In this document: positions 11,137 through 25,173 of the stretch, one piece after another
Position numbering within the stretch: position 1 is the stretch's first letter
Layout of the letters: every line of letters begins with the position of its first letter
From: Parasitella parasitica NRRL 2501
Lineage: Eukaryota; Fungi; Mucoromycota
Direction: 5' to 3'
DNA: 64,000 nt
Assembly: GCA_025201805.1 (NCBI GenBank)
Contig: MU619364.1
Location: 1-64,000, forward strand
Made by a program: the position numbers and the translations under genes
The notes under the pieces: generated by a model
What the model was told of the DNA's origin: nothing
The model's database searches: none
The model's input: the letters and a program-made list of their open reading frames with translations, nothing else

Positions 11137-12776
11137 ATGGTAACGGAATATATTTGAGTGAAAAAAATTCAACACAACTCATCCTCAAGGGGAATAAAAC
11201 AGGCCGTAGTTACTCAAGATATTAAAATATCATGTCATAACAGCGTTATCAAAGGCATTGGCGCCAAGTCTAACGAAGGACATCCATGGAGAAATTGGAA
11301 AATAACGCTTGTTGCGATGGACGGTGAAAGAGAGGTGAAGGGCAAGTTGTCTATGATATTAGATCATGTCGAATATATTCTGCATCCAACATTTGAAGAC
11401 CCACGTAGAGGTTTGTGTGAAATTGATCTTTCTATTATATATCATTCGAGTAATAATCGCCAGACAACACTAGTTAAAACAGAAGAGCCCTACATTTTGC
11501 AGGAAAAGGGATGGGGAGAATTCGATATGCGTGTCGTGCTGTACTTTACAGACAACATCACTGATCCACAGGTTCTCTTGTTCGATTTGAATTTTGCATT
11601 AAGCAACTACTCAATTACACACAGCATTGAATTTCCCAATGCATCTCCAGAGCTTGTCAAATTGTTATCTAGAGGCCCTTCTTCAGCATCTACTTCCATG
11701 TCAGCATCATTAGCATCCGGACCACGCAAGGGAGGAAAAAAGCCTGCGCCTAGTTCCTCTATAGTAGACAGTAGACAGGCCAAAAAGAAACCCAGTAGCT
11801 CCAGCCCTTATAGCAAAACTGCAAAGAAAGCAAAGCCAGAATCAAAATCGTCGACATCTATACCATCAAAGAAGCTGAGAAAATCATCTGTATCTTCCTC
11901 TTCTTCGCCTGCACCAGCGTCTGCTTATATTGCGGCACCACAGTCTCCAGTATACGATCATCCATCGCTGTCTGATCATTCTATCCATTCTTCACCTTCC
12001 CTTATTGCTACATCCACTCCCGAATTGCAGCCTGAAGACGACACAAAACTGATACATAGCCGATCCTCTTCAGATAGCTCCAACAAAAACGTTGATCACA
12101 CTTACAGAATAGCAGACGTTTACAACCTTAATCCAATTCATCATGCCAAAATAGACAAACGGCTGCGAGACCAATGGGATATTCCTGATGTACGTAGCAT
12201 TTTTATATTGAGAAATGATTGAGCTAATTGTCTGGACAGATCAATATGATGGAGTTAGCCAAAAGAATATATAGAATGTCTCCAGATCAAGCTAAAGAAT
12301 TTAGAAACTTGATTTTTGACAATACCCCGGAGAGCATTAAAACAGTGGTTGATCCAGGCAAGTTTACTGTAGCATTGACTTTTGTGTAGGTAATTGTCTG
12401 ATATCTATGGTTTTTAGACGGTAGCATTGGTATCGATCTTTACTCTTTAGGGAAGCCATTGCTCGAGAGGCTATGGGATTTCGTTGCCGACATGGCATCA
12501 GACGATAACGAATCCTTTACATCGCAAGACCATCACGATAGCGATTTAGAATTTGCTAGCGATGCAGAATTAGGGGAATATAAGGCTGAGGACACCAATA
12601 CAAACTATTCAGATATTGATGAGCCTGGATTTCAACAAAGCGACATAGAGAGCGATAACGCAAAAAATTATACAGACCAAAGTACCAGACAAAGCAATGG
12701 ATATCATTATAGTACTACTGGGGATGGTTATCATGAGAACTCGGATATGGATATACAAGATGATGATGATTATTAA
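11137..12776 (+). CDS. YEATS and ET domain protein (Taf14/Sas5-like), multi-exon
   Basis: YEATS motifs WKITL, VEYILHPTF, PYILQEKGWGEFDM; ET-like MMELAKRIYRM...IDLYSLGKPLLERLWDFV. The coding part of exon 1 is probably only the ATG at 11137, followed by a GT-AG intron to 11202. Confidence 0.82.
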
Positions 12777-13740
12777 CTGTTTAATTTAATGTAATAAAAA
12801 CACACTACCTGTAGATGTCTTTAATCGTGTTTCGAGTTTGATAATAATAACAGGATACAGTGTATATGAACCGAACATGAGGAAACTGCAGAACTAGCAA
12901 ATGAATTTAGGTAAATAAAATGATTCATTGCTATGTCTAGATCCAAAATGTGTCAGCGTCGATGTTGATTTAGGCTGGTTGAACATCCTCCTTTTCTAAA
13001 TGATGTTTTTTCCCTTTGATGTCTTCAAACAGAACACGATTCATACATACATGAAAGTTTATATTCCTGTTGTTAATCAAATCTCATCTACGGTAAATGT
13101 TGAAATGGAGGTAAATACACCGAGAAGCCCATTAAGAACAGACATTTGAGAGTATTTGCCCTGAGGGCTTGAAAAGGAATGAAAGTTTGAGTATGTATAT
13201 TTGTGCATTAAATTGATATAAACAGAAATCAAGTTCTTTTTAACCGAGTGTGGTTTTTATCATATGTTTCCGTCATTACAATTATACTGCATACATGTAT
13301 ATACAGCATGCATGCTTTTCCTGTACTATTGAGCGCACAAATAGACATCTTCTTCAGGCCTCCGTTGCACTCACTAAAATGCAATACATAGGCAAAGTGA
13401 TTTATTCAGCATTCTTTTTTGTATACATTACAAATCATGGTAATAAAAGGGACCAGCCAAGAATGCAAAGCCCTGACAATAACCCTAATTGATACACAGT
13501 ACAAACAGTAAGGATGCAAAGCACGTTCTACAGAACACCCGTTAACCACCTTCCTCGCCAGCCAGTATCTCAATTCGAAATTGCAGTATTATTATAAGAC
13601 TTGATAACTCAATCTTTAACTGTTACAATAAAACTCAAGATGTAAGAAATTGAAGTTGAATAAAACTTTTTAATATATAGGTTCACGCATACGGACATAA
13701 CATGCTGGATACCTGCTTAATGGACATACATTGAAAATGT

Positions 13741-13803
13741 TAAATGGCACAAAAATAGTTGGCACATAAAATCGAGTTGTGCCAATTTTCTTTGTGCCAT
13801 TTA
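13741..13803. repeat. Short imperfect palindrome (possible MITE remnant)
   Basis: taaatggcacaaaaatagttggcaca ... tgtgccaattttctttgtgccattta. Confidence 0.55.
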
Positions 13804-14036
13804 TAGTGAAACAAGTTGCAAGAATGATGATTTTATCAAGAAAACTGCCTTTCTAAACAGGATGAGCACTAATGGTTTTGATGGCTACCCCTAAGATGAT
13901 GGCTATTCTTGGCAGTCTTTAAGACTCTATTAGAAATAAATTAGTTTATTAGACGCCTTCAAAACTATTTTTGACATGAAATCTATGAATGCTTTTACAG
14001 AAACCTGATTTCCCCTGCTCCAGAAGCGATGAAAAT

Positions 14037-14046
14037 NNNNNNNNNN
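14037..14046. other. Assembly gap (10 N) next to a poly(A) run
   Basis: N run in the sequence. Confidence 0.99.
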
Positions 14047-14097
<51 letters not shown>

Positions 14098-14716
14098 TAT
14101 TAACGTAAAAGTTTTGAATAAACCTTTTTGTTTTCGTTTGACATAATTTTTCGAATAAATACAACAAAAAACCGTTGTTTCTCGTTATTGCTACATTATT
14201 ACTCCCTGATAAGTCAAATATAAATATTTCTGTCTAGGAGATATATTCTAACATATTAATGTCAGACTGAATAATATTTGAATAAATAGAGCGTAGTGCA
14301 GAGTGCAAATGAGTGAGATGATCTGCGTTATTGTTTGATTTCCTACCGCTGATTTCGGCATCCATATATCAAAGAAGTAATCAAGCAACCGAAGATTACA
14401 TACATTAAAAACTCATGAATAATCAGTTTAAAAAAAAGTACTGTATACCATAATGGTATACTATTCAATGATATAAATGCAGCAAAAGTTTGTATCAATA
14501 ATGGGCTTAGGAATCGCGGTGCGAAACCACCAATAAACATTGTGCAAAGAACTCCTATCCAAGAAATATGTATAAAGGGGATCATGCGGCAAGGAGTTTA
14601 GTATATAAGGGAGAATTAGAGGGGCTCTACAGCAAAGCTGATCTATATAAATACGAGGAATACCTCTAAAAATTTTCACAGCCAACTTTATATTTGTAAT
14701 AGAGGATTGCTAACAG

Positions 14717-17700
14717 ATGAAGCTTCATGTAAATAATCTGTTTGCATTATTTGCTGGCCTCTTGACATGTAATATAGTCCAAGCAGCTATAGCTATACCC
14801 AGATCTTACATTGTAGAATATAGCCAGAATGATAAACATGATGCCATTGGTTCAGAATTACTGCCATACGAAGGCCTTTATGAAATTCACCATGTATACT
14901 CGTCTCGAATATTCCACGGCATGTCTTTCACACTTAAAGATGATCCAAGCAACGCCGCGACTCCTCTTCGGCCATTCCCGAGTCCAGTATCTTACTCCCA
15001 AACTGATAAACTTCATCCAGTATACAACCATTTAGAACAGCATCCAGTTATTAAAAAAATTTACCCTGTCTACGAAGTGCCCAGACCACAGTGGCAACCA
15101 AATCAACGCAATGTGACATTTCCCTATAGCAACAGCGATGTACAGATATACGATATCCATCAGCAATTAAATATCCAAGGCCAAAATGTATTAATTGGTG
15201 TTTTGGACTCAGGTAAGATAATCCCTTTGAGGGACCACGATTTCCTGGTTGATTCATATATGTATGCACACAATAGGTGTTGACTATACCCATCCGGCTC
15301 TTGGTAATGGATTTGGTCCCAAGCACAAAGTCAGTATTGGTAAAAACCTAGTCGAGCCAAGCGACGATAAAAAGTTTGGTGTTAAACCCTTAGGGAAAGA
15401 TGATCCATTTGATCCTTGTACTGGCGTGGATGCAGGTAATTTAATTTATGTCAATCACAAACACACACACATACCCCTTTTCTTACGAAGAGAATGATAG
15501 GCCATGGAACGCATGTCTCTGGAATAATTGCAGGATACGATCCTGCAAAGGTTGGATCAATATAAATCGCACGATATTTCGTATCTAACCGATGAATAGA
15601 ATTTTACCGGAATTGCTCCCAGAGCTAATTTAGCTGTGTTTCGAGTATTTGGCTGCGAAGGCGGTGCTGGAGAAGACACAATTATAAAAGCTATGGAGAT
15701 GGCATACGAGGCTGGTAAATTTATATCTGAAAAGCAAATTGTGTGGGATTTACTCATCCATGTCTATATAATTTAGGCTGCAAGGTTATTAATCTTAGTC
15801 TTGGTATAGAAAATAGCTGGCCTGAAGATACAATGTCTGTAGTTGCAGAGCGTTTGTCCAAGCGAGGTGTCCTTGGTAACCTGTTTTGTTCTTAAAGTCT
15901 TAATTTGGAGTATACTAACATGAATGACAGTGGTTGGCGTCGCCGGTAACCAAGGTAGCGATGGCGTTTTCACTCAAAATTCACCTGGCTCTGGAAAAGA
16001 CGTCTTGTCAGTAGCATCTATCGATAATTCATTTTATCTTTCCAAGGTTATACAGTTTGATTTCATTACTGACGAGTATTTCTGTAAGTTTACATACATG
16101 TATTAGTATTTTGAAAGCTCAAACTAACGCTATGCCTTTAAGCCTATGCTCCCTCCAGCACCACCGACTTTTTTCCTAATGGCACTATCGCTACCATTTT
16201 AATGCCGGATAATTCGATTCCATTTGGCTGTAAGAATGACACATTGATCACAAAAGAAAATGCCAACGGAAAAATCTTGTTTGTAAAACGTGGCAAATGC
16301 ACATTTAATGAAAAACTTGAGGTAGCCAAGCAAGTTGGTGCCATTGCTCTGTTGTTTTATGACCCCGATGTCACAACTAAAAGTGCCATTGTTGCTAAAA
16401 CTGAGCAGGGGGAGCTTCCTTGTGTTTGCATTGAACTCAAAGTAGCAACTCGTATCGTCCAGTATCTCCAAGAAAACGGCAATATCAAACCTGTCAGTCT
16501 GGATTTTCCCCTGGAGGAAAAAGTCATTTTCCCTGAAACTGCTGGCCGTATATCTGAATTTTCAAGCACAGGGCCCAATTATGAATTGGATTTGAAGCCT
16601 TCACTGACGGGCATAGGTGGAGACGTATATTCTTGTCTTCCGCTGCATGTTTCAAATGGCTGGGGTGTTCGATCAGGAACATCAATGTCAGCTCCCCATG
16701 TTGCTGGTGCTGCTGCCTTGTTGGTCAACTATTACACCGAACAAAAGATTAAAATCACGCCCAAGTTTATTACGGAAAAATTGCAAAACAACGGTAGATT
16801 GATCAAGTCTGACAATGGCAAATTTGAGAACCCTGTGGTGCAAGGAGCAGGCCTTATTCAACGTATGTATGGAATTTCTTGGCTTATGGATCCTTGAATT
16901 AATGTAAACGGATAGCATATGATTCTATTAGGAGCCAGCTTCACATTTCCCCTGCACAGATAAGCTTCAACGACACATCATCCGCAACTAACTACAAGAC
17001 ACACACCTTAAATATAGTCAATTCAGACAACACGCCTATCGAGATAATATTGGAAAACATTTCATCACAATCAATTCAGCCCTACTCCAATTCATCCAGC
17101 TACGTTCCAACAGAACCAGCAATCAAAGACGGCAATGTTACAGTCGACCTCATTTTCTCTTCTACCAACATAAGAATTCCAGCCAGGTCTAGTGTCAAGG
17201 TTAACGTCAAGGTCGTTTTACCCGACCCACGCAAGATCAAATATCACTATCAAATGTACGGAGGCTTCATTGCATTAACCAATGTCCAGACACAGCAACG
17301 CTTAGCAACTGTACCATACATTGGAGTTCTTGGAAGAATGATTGACATACCACTGTTTGATAAAGGGTATCCGTATCTGACCAGCTACAATGACGACGAT
17401 GACGCCAACACAAATCCTACCGATTCCTTCATTTACGACAAGAGCAAAGAAACCAAGACTAAACCAGCCATTGCGGTACGGCTACTGACTGGCTCTGCGC
17501 AAATGGAAATCAATGTTCATCGACTAGATGGCACACTCGTGGGCCCAATGGATAATGGATCGTACTCTTATAATCAGCGAAACAAACTGACAGAGTACGA
17601 CTCGATTATTGAGTGGAACGGCAAAATCGTAAAGGACTACAGAACAACACCCGTCTCAGATGGTGTCTACTATCTACATTTGAGAGCTTTAAAGCACTTT

Positions 17701-17766
17701 GGCAACCCAAAAAACGCTCAGGATTGGCAGGAATGGAAATCAGGACCGATACTAGTAAAATCCTGA
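14717..17766 (+). CDS. Secreted subtilisin-like S8 protease with PA and Fn3-like domains (paralog 1), multi-exon
   Basis: Signal peptide; catalytic triad IGVLDSG / GHGTHVSG / SGTSMSAPHVAG; PA motif VKRGKCTF; QGAGLIQ; ISFND. Confidence 0.93.
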
Positions 17767-17916
17767 GGTTCTCGATCGGAATTTTCTATTTTCCATGTTT
17801 CTTTCATCGAATGGCACTATAAATACAAGGTTGTTTGCCGAGGAAATAAAGCGCTCTTTCCTTTGCTTGCTCTGCTCTTTTCCAATAACAAATAAATAAT
17901 AATAATACTAATATTA

Positions 17917-20900
17917 ATGAAAATACCATTACTATCTACTGCCATGTTGCTGTGTGTAGCCGGCATACATGGTGATAAATTACAGCAGCAACAAAAAAGA
18001 GACGGATATCTGGACTCCATCTTGACAAATCCAAAGTTCAAACCAAATGCACTGGGCAACGTAATTCCCGGCAGATTTATCATTGAGTTTGAGCAAAGCT
18101 TCAGAGGCTCATCGCTGGAATTTGTGAACGACATTGAAGCCGAAATTGACATCAATCCGCGTGTAAAGATGAACATTGCTCAAGACTACAATTCGTCGCC
18201 ATCCTTGTTTCGAGGTGTGTCTATCTCAGTAGACCAGCCCTCCACCTCTCCGTTTGCAAGAAGATCTGATCAAGAAGAGGAGCTGCATATGCAATCCATC
18301 CAAAATACCGTGTTGCGGAAATTATTAGAGCAGAATCGTGTCAAGCACATCTATCCTGTCACTGAGATTGCCAGGCCCAATGTGCTCAACATGTCGCCCA
18401 ATATTGGAGCATACGCCATAGATCAAGACGGCCAGATTGTTCCAAGCGCCCCCAAACTGGAGCTGCCAGAGAACGGCAGCCCGTTGCCTTTTACTCATGC
18501 CATGACCCAAGTGGATAAAGTGCATGCCAAGTTCAAAGGGAATGGAGTACTGATCGGAATTATTGATTCAGGTATCGACTACCGCCATCCTGCCTTTGGG
18601 AGCGGATTTGGCCCAGGATACCAAGTTCGTTTTGGCTACGATTTAGTGGGCAATCAGTTCAACTCGAGAGACCCCTTTTCGAGAAAACAAAGAGAAACCC
18701 CTTTAGATGCCTGCGAAGAAGGAAACGGTAGCGTATAGATTGCTGGTAGCTGTACCAACGTGAGACTGACAAAAAAAGTAGGTCATGGAACACATGTTGC
18801 TGGTATCATTGCCGCCAATGATAAATTGTTTGTACGTACAGACATAATAATTGCCTTTATATCTCATGAGAACCCTGACGATTTAATCTTACTCATGCTG
18901 TAGAACTTTACCGGTGTAGCCCCAGAAGTGACGCTTGGTGCGTGGAGAATATTTGGCTGTGATGGCGCCACCTCCAATGACCTAGTCATTCAAGCGTTGA
19001 TTAGCGCCCATGAGGCGGGCTGCGATATTATCAACCTCAGTTTGGGCAGCTCCAGTAATTGGGCAGACGATCCCACAGCCATCATTGCTAATCGCATTGC
19101 AGCAAGTGGTTCAATTGGTAATGTTTAAAACCAGCAAACCGTGATTCGATTAATTGGCTCACATGAAAAGTTTGTATAGTGATCGCTGCTGCAGGGAATG
19201 ACGGTTCTGAAGGCGCATTTTTCATATCCTCGCCTGGCAGTGGTACAGGGCCTCTTGCTGTGGCATCTGTCGACAATGAATATAATCTCCAACAGGCTGT
19301 GCAGGTCGAAAATGGAGCAGAGTATCGTAAGTTTGGCAATTTTCTCTTTTAGCAGCCTGGCAAGAACTGAATGTCATATGTAGCCTACATGTTATCTAGC
19401 AGCACCAAAGAATTTCCATCAGGAAAACTAGTCAACTACATCAACTCTGAATCAACAGAAGACGCTTGTCAAGGAACTCGACCCAACAATTCTCTCAAGG
19501 ATAAGCTTGTCCTTGTCCAAAGAGGTAAATGTACTTTTGATGAGAAAGCTGCCATGGTCGCGCAGTATGGTGCTGCTGGCATTGTTGTTTACGATAACCA
19601 AGATGAAGCTGGCTTCAGACCTCAAGCACTAGAAACCAAGTTGCCGTTGGCCTCCATCTCTATGAGCGCAGGAAAAGAATTGAAGAAAATGCTGAATACA
19701 AACTCTACACTTGTCAAGGATGGCGTTTACCTCAACTTCAAAACAAATTTGACTCCCCAAAAAGTGCCCACTGCTAGGAAAGTGTCGAAGTTCTCTAGCG
19801 TCGGCCCCTTGTACGATATGAGCTTGAAGCCTGATATCTCTGGCCCCGGTGGCTATATCTTTTCAACCTTGCCTATCCCAAATGGCGGCTACGGTTTGTT
19901 GTCTGGTACCTCAATGGCTGCCCCTTACATTGCAGGTTCGTTTGCTCTGTTTTTGGAGGCTCATGGCAAAAATGTTACTTCGCATTACCTTAAAGAGCAC
20001 TTTCAGAACTACGCCAAGCCATCTACAACTACACAAGGCATTCATCTCGATAACCCAGCTCGTCAAGGCGCAGGATTAATTCAATGTAAGTGCTGCTTCT
20101 CAGGCTTCATAAGTAGAAACTGACTTTAGTTGTCTGATTAGTGCTGGACACTATTAATCAGCCTATGCATGTCTCTCCTGGGTCCCTCAGTTTTAATGAC
20201 ACTGCAAACATCAAGCCTCAGATACTGAAGATCTCCAATCCTTCCAACCAAACAGTAGCCTATAAAGTGCATCATCGCCCCAGTTTAGCCATTTCTCCCT
20301 ACAACACCACTTTGCAAGGTTATGCGCCGCTCAGTCCACCACAATACGCTGCTGAAAAAGTCAAGGCAGACATAGAGTTTTCATTCACAGAAGTGACATT
20401 GAAGCCTGGAGAATCTGCAGAGCTGAAGCTGAGAGTCAAACGCATTGGAGGCAACTACCGAGACCAGCCATACCCCATTTACGGCGGATATGTCCAGTTT
20501 GTGCCTGTCAACAATTCCGCATTAAAGTCGATCCAAGTTCCTTATGTTGGAATTCGAGGCTCGCTCTCTGAACTCCCCATCTTTGATGCCAGCTTTCCTC
20601 GTTTCATGCTGACCAACAGCACTCAGCTGTTTGAAAAGGACGTTGGAAAGGGCAAGAGCATCATAGGGTTTGTCATTCAGAGATCTAGCTTTGCGTCTTC
20701 TTTTGTCACATCCATGTTCCGTCTGCTTACTGGTACTCCTCATATCATCACTGAAGTGTTGGATGCTAATATGACAAAGATCGGCGTATTCTCAGAGGAC
20801 CATTATCTGTCAAGGAATACAATGCAGGAGCTTGATTTCATTTTCACTCAACGCTGGAATGGAACTGTTATTCCTGTCACTGCTACAGAGAATGAAAATA

Positions 20901-21034
20901 TTGTAGGCGAAGCTGTTGCCCTGAAGCCGGGTTTCTACTTTTTGAAATGGAAGGCTTTGAAACTGATGTCAGATGCGTCTCGTCCAGAGAGTTGGTTTAC
21001 AAAGGTGTCTCCACCCATTTTGATTAAAAATTAA
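17917..21034 (+). CDS. Secreted subtilisin-like S8 protease with PA and Fn3-like domains (paralog 2), multi-exon
   Basis: Signal peptide; IGIIDSG / GHGTHVAG / SGTSMAAPYIAG; VQRGKCTF; QGAGLIQ; several intron positions shared with paralog 1. Confidence 0.93.
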
Positions 21035-21473
21035 TGTCTTTGAGGAATAAAATGTCTTAATTGCAAAACTTTACATTTTTAAGATGAGTGCAGTATTTTT
21101 GATTGAAGAGGGACATGGGGGATGTTCTCAATGAAAATGGCGGTCCTGAGTCCTTGGGAGTACATTGTTGGATCAGAATGAGATTGTTGTTGAAACAATT
21201 GCGACTCACACTGATTACTTGGAAAACTTTGCTTCCAGCGAATCTTTGGCTTGCCCAATGCAAATTGAAAAGCCAAAAGATGATGACATTCATATGAAGG
21301 AGGCAAGCATAAAATGGGATTATGTTCGGTATACGATCCAGGATAAGGTTTGATTTTTCGATCTGAAGATTGAAAAGTGCAGCCAAGCAGTTGAGCATTC
21401 ACATATGAAATGCACTGTTTATAACATTATTATGAGAAATAAATGCAATCTTCCATTAAAAAGAGCAGATTTT

Positions 21474-23079
21474 TCATTCTGTCGAGAGGAATACAGTAGT
21501 CCAGTAAAGTCTTTGACAGAGACGATGAAACACATCAAGTAAAAGAAAGAGTTGTGGCATGTCCATGATCAGCTTTGATAAATCGCGAATGGAGTTTGGA
21601 ACCGTGATAGCAGCGAGCTCATAAAACATGTACAAACCAGCGAATGGAAGCGTCATAACGTAAAATGAGACCGTGTTTCCCACAACTTAGGGGCCAAGTA
21701 CACCATCCATGCCATATTCATCAAGAGCATTCTTGCAAAATATCGCCACACGCATGAGGTCACTGCAGAGCATCAAGTTGCTGTCGGATTCCACCGTCGG
21801 TTTGGCCTCCCTGTATGCGCTGCTTACCATCCAATGCACGCCTCGGGAACGCGTTATAGTAATTTCGGGACACACGTTCGTCAGCAGGTCCTTTTTCTTC
21901 ACCTCCATAGTGCATTCATCAAGCCAGCGGAAGAAGACGCCTTGAGATGGATTGTTAAAGAGGCCACACAAGAAAGGTTCCACAAAGCGGGTGTTTTGCT
22001 CCATTTCTCGAAGCCCTCTGTTAAGAGCAGCGTCAGGCAATTTGTGAATCAAATTAATAATAGCATCTCTAATTTGACGCTGCCGCTCATCCAGTTTTAA
22101 CAACATAAGCTGAAAAATGGCAGCATCACGATCGATCAGATGCTTGTCCAAATTGTCCAAGATTTCCACCATGCTTTTCATCAATTCCAATGGCATGGAG
22201 TCTCGTGTAAGCTTGTACTTGGACTGTATGCAACGCACCGTGGTGACAAGACCCGCGTCAGTGAAAAAAGGGGCCAGGTCATATGGGTAATGATGAGGGG
22301 ATAAAAGTAGAATGTGCGACGCTACCAGGGCAAGATGGACGTGATTTCCCAAGGTGTATTTCCACAGACGTCCAGGGATGGATATTTGCATATCATGAAA
22401 TGCTTGGGAAACGTCGAATTCGTCTGCCATCAAATGTCCGTCTGAATTCAGAGGATACACGGTGTATCCAGAACCACCCAGTTTTTCCTTCTCAAACTGG
22501 CTGTTATATCAGTAACATGGCGAGGTCTCACGTCAAGATCTCAGATCAGTCCCAGGGTCTTACAGTAAATCATGGGTAGTCATGATTTACATTATGCAGT
22601 TAGACAGTAGAAACCTAGTGTAGTTCTTTGGCAGATTTATTTTATCAGACTTTTGACATATCACTGGCCACCAATGTCATCATCGTTAGGTTTTTGTCTC
22701 TTCACAGGCACAGTTTTGGCGGGAGCGATTTTTCGGTGGACGCGGAATGAGTTGGCAATGTGCTTTTGGACAATGCAGCAGGAAGAATGGCTGAGTGCTT
22801 TTCATACAAATGCTCCTTTAAATCGTTGAGATTTTTACGATAAAATCGACAGACTGGACATTCATGATAGTATTCCACAACGTCAGGAAGCGTTTTATTT
22901 GCTTTAGCAGTGATGTAGACAATTTCATTGGTGTCTTGGCGTTTTGGCCTGTTGGAGGTAGCAGGAAAATCGAAGCTGTGTTGTGTTTCAAAGTGTGAAC
23001 GATATCGTTGCATAGAAGAAGCAGTGTGATTGCAACCATCTTCTAAACAAACAAGCTTATAAAAGCATACAAGCTTCAT
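21474..23079 (-). pseudogene. Cargo pseudogene: two C2H2 zinc fingers plus a PD-(D/E)XK-like (CR-REase-like) domain
   Basis: CLEDGC...HFETQH and CPVC...HLYEKH; FFRWLDE...CPEITI...AYREAK...LCSDLMRVAIFCKNALD...GLYMFYEL aligns with 48083-49756; stops and frameshifts present. Confidence 0.7.
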
Positions 23080-23117
23080 GAGAAGGAAAAAGGATGAAAA
23101 AGAGGCATGCAAAAATC

Positions 23118-23218
23118 TTAGCCATTGCCTAACAAATGTTAATCATTACCTAACAAATGTTAGCCATTACTTTACAATGTTAGCCATTGCCTAACAAATG
23201 CTAGCCACTGCCTAATAA
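23118..23218. repeat. About 21-bp tandem repeat, 5 copies (ttagccattgcctaacaaatg)
   Basis: Directly visible imperfect tandem array upstream of the cargo gene. Confidence 0.85.
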
Positions 23219-23339
23219 TTGTCATTTCGCAGTTTCTGAAAAAAAGTTCAAGTAAATGATAAAAGTCATGGTGCTTGTGATAATATATATTAGAGAAAAA
23301 GAGGAATAGCTTTGTTTCATTTATAATGAACATGCAAAG

Positions 23340-23770
23340 AGAATGTATTATGAATTAAGCTACGGTATCTACATCATATCTTCAAGTTCAAGGTAGTCTT
23401 CAAAAATGGTTATGACTATCTATTGACAAACATCTGTAAATTTGTCTGTCGACTTTGGATCAAAAACCTTTAATTGGATTTAGGAACAGAGAGAAAGGTT
23501 GAAGATGAACACATTTATGTCCTTAATTTTTATACAAAAAAAACAGTTTTCCTGAATGGGTGTGTTATCCTGGAGGCAGATTGTTTCATTTTCTCTGGCA
23601 TTTTCTGATACCCTCAGTTGATCCGGCATCTTCTAATGTGGAAGGTCTTTTCAGACAAGTCCCAAACTGGCTTCTCTATATCCAGTTGTACATTAGAGCA
23701 GCTAGTCAAACCTGTGCCATCTTTTCCATAATATCGGAATGGTTCTACAAAAAGTGTGTGTCTTTGCAAA
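23340..23770 (-). pseudogene. Decayed Tc1/IS630 transposase C-terminal fragment (family of the 46-kb transposase)
   Basis: Minus strand reads DNTPIQ...GHKCVHLQPFSLFLNPIKGF*SKV, against DNAPIH...GHKCIYLPPYSPFLNPIEEFWSKV. Confidence 0.6.
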
Positions 23771-25173
23771 GCCAGGTGTTTAGATTTTAGGCGCTTAATT
23801 TTTTGGTCCCCGCAAACTTCAGTGTGTTATCAGAAAGAAGACAAAAACTGTAAGGAAATAATGTTAAGCGATTTTGAACACAAAAACAAATAATTCAAAG
23901 TAATACATTAGACTATAAGGCACCTTTTGATTATACATTTGCATAGTTTTGAGCAAGTTTTTGTACTTTTTAAGTTGATATCAGATGAAGGTGGCGAGTT
24001 TTCGGAAAAATATTTCACAGAATCGGAGCGTGGGACCTTCAGACTAGGTACAGACATACAAGTAATATCATTAGAAAGCCAAGAGGCACAAAATTTAGAT
24101 GAACTAGGTTGCAAATGTTTTTTTCTTGAGTTGGGTAAGCTATGGCTTCTCAAAGCTAATGCTTTCTTAGAAAAAAAAAAACCCTCTTTTCTTCGATCGC
24201 GGAGATTAAACGCGTCCAAAATCAGGAAGCAAAAATTCTTTCAGAAACTCCATTTGGACAATTCGAAAACAAAATTACTCCTTTGAGGCAAGATATCATC
24301 TTCCGATACTATGTATACCACGGCTGTCAGTTAATGATCATAGATGTGTTTTTGGGCGCTCTACAAGCTGGTATCATTTTCATGAATCCCGTATGCTTAT
24401 GGAAGAAATTCTGTCGAGAAAATCTCAAAAGCAGATTAAGAGGTAAAAGTCAATATTTTGCTTAGTCAGAGCGCATTTTTAGTCTTTCAGATCAAGGAAT
24501 GGCCTTGTACGATCATTTTCCTCCAATATATACCATAGTAAAAAGTTGCATTTTTGGGGTCAAAATCGAGGATAATGCACTTTCAATGATTTTGGATGTG
24601 TAGACACAAGGAAAAAATTGAAAAAATTTGTCATTTTTGCATCGAAAAAAAAATCATGCTCAAATTGCACCAAAATCATATATAATATAGTCTTTTGCCA
24701 ATGTATACTATTTCTGGTATTTTCAGGGCACTTTTGATTATGAAAATCAACAAAAAAAATGGCACAAAAAGCTGAAGTTCTTGCTTTTAAGCTGTAAAAA
24801 ATATCTGTCTGAAGATGGTATCAAGTCAACATCAATTCTAGTACATGACACAGCTCTATAAAGTAAGCTTTTTGGTACCACAAGTATACCTTTCTTCATA
24901 GTAATATGATGAAACAGGTGTGGCCCATCGAGTTGAAAGCAGAAGAGGAATAATTTACAAGTCGCTAATTGCTAGTGACAGAGAAGCCATATACCATTGT
25001 TGCTTATAGTAATGCTCAATGTCAGTTCAAGAGTTCATTTTTTTGTAATCCTAATGTTGAACATGTAAAAATAGAAAGTAAAATAGAGGTTAGGATTGAG
25101 GTTGAAGGTAATTTTATTAACAAAAGTTAAGCCTCATAATAAGCTTCTGGTAGGTTCCAGGTTCCAGGCACTG

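Noticed and set aside
12358-12417. Internal AG|GT as a zero-length exon or recursive splice site
   Set aside because: The sub-introns would be about 30 nt, far below the local minimum of about 50 nt.
23118-23218. CRISPR-like array
   Set aside because: Contiguous tandem units with no unique spacers, eukaryotic context, no cas genes.
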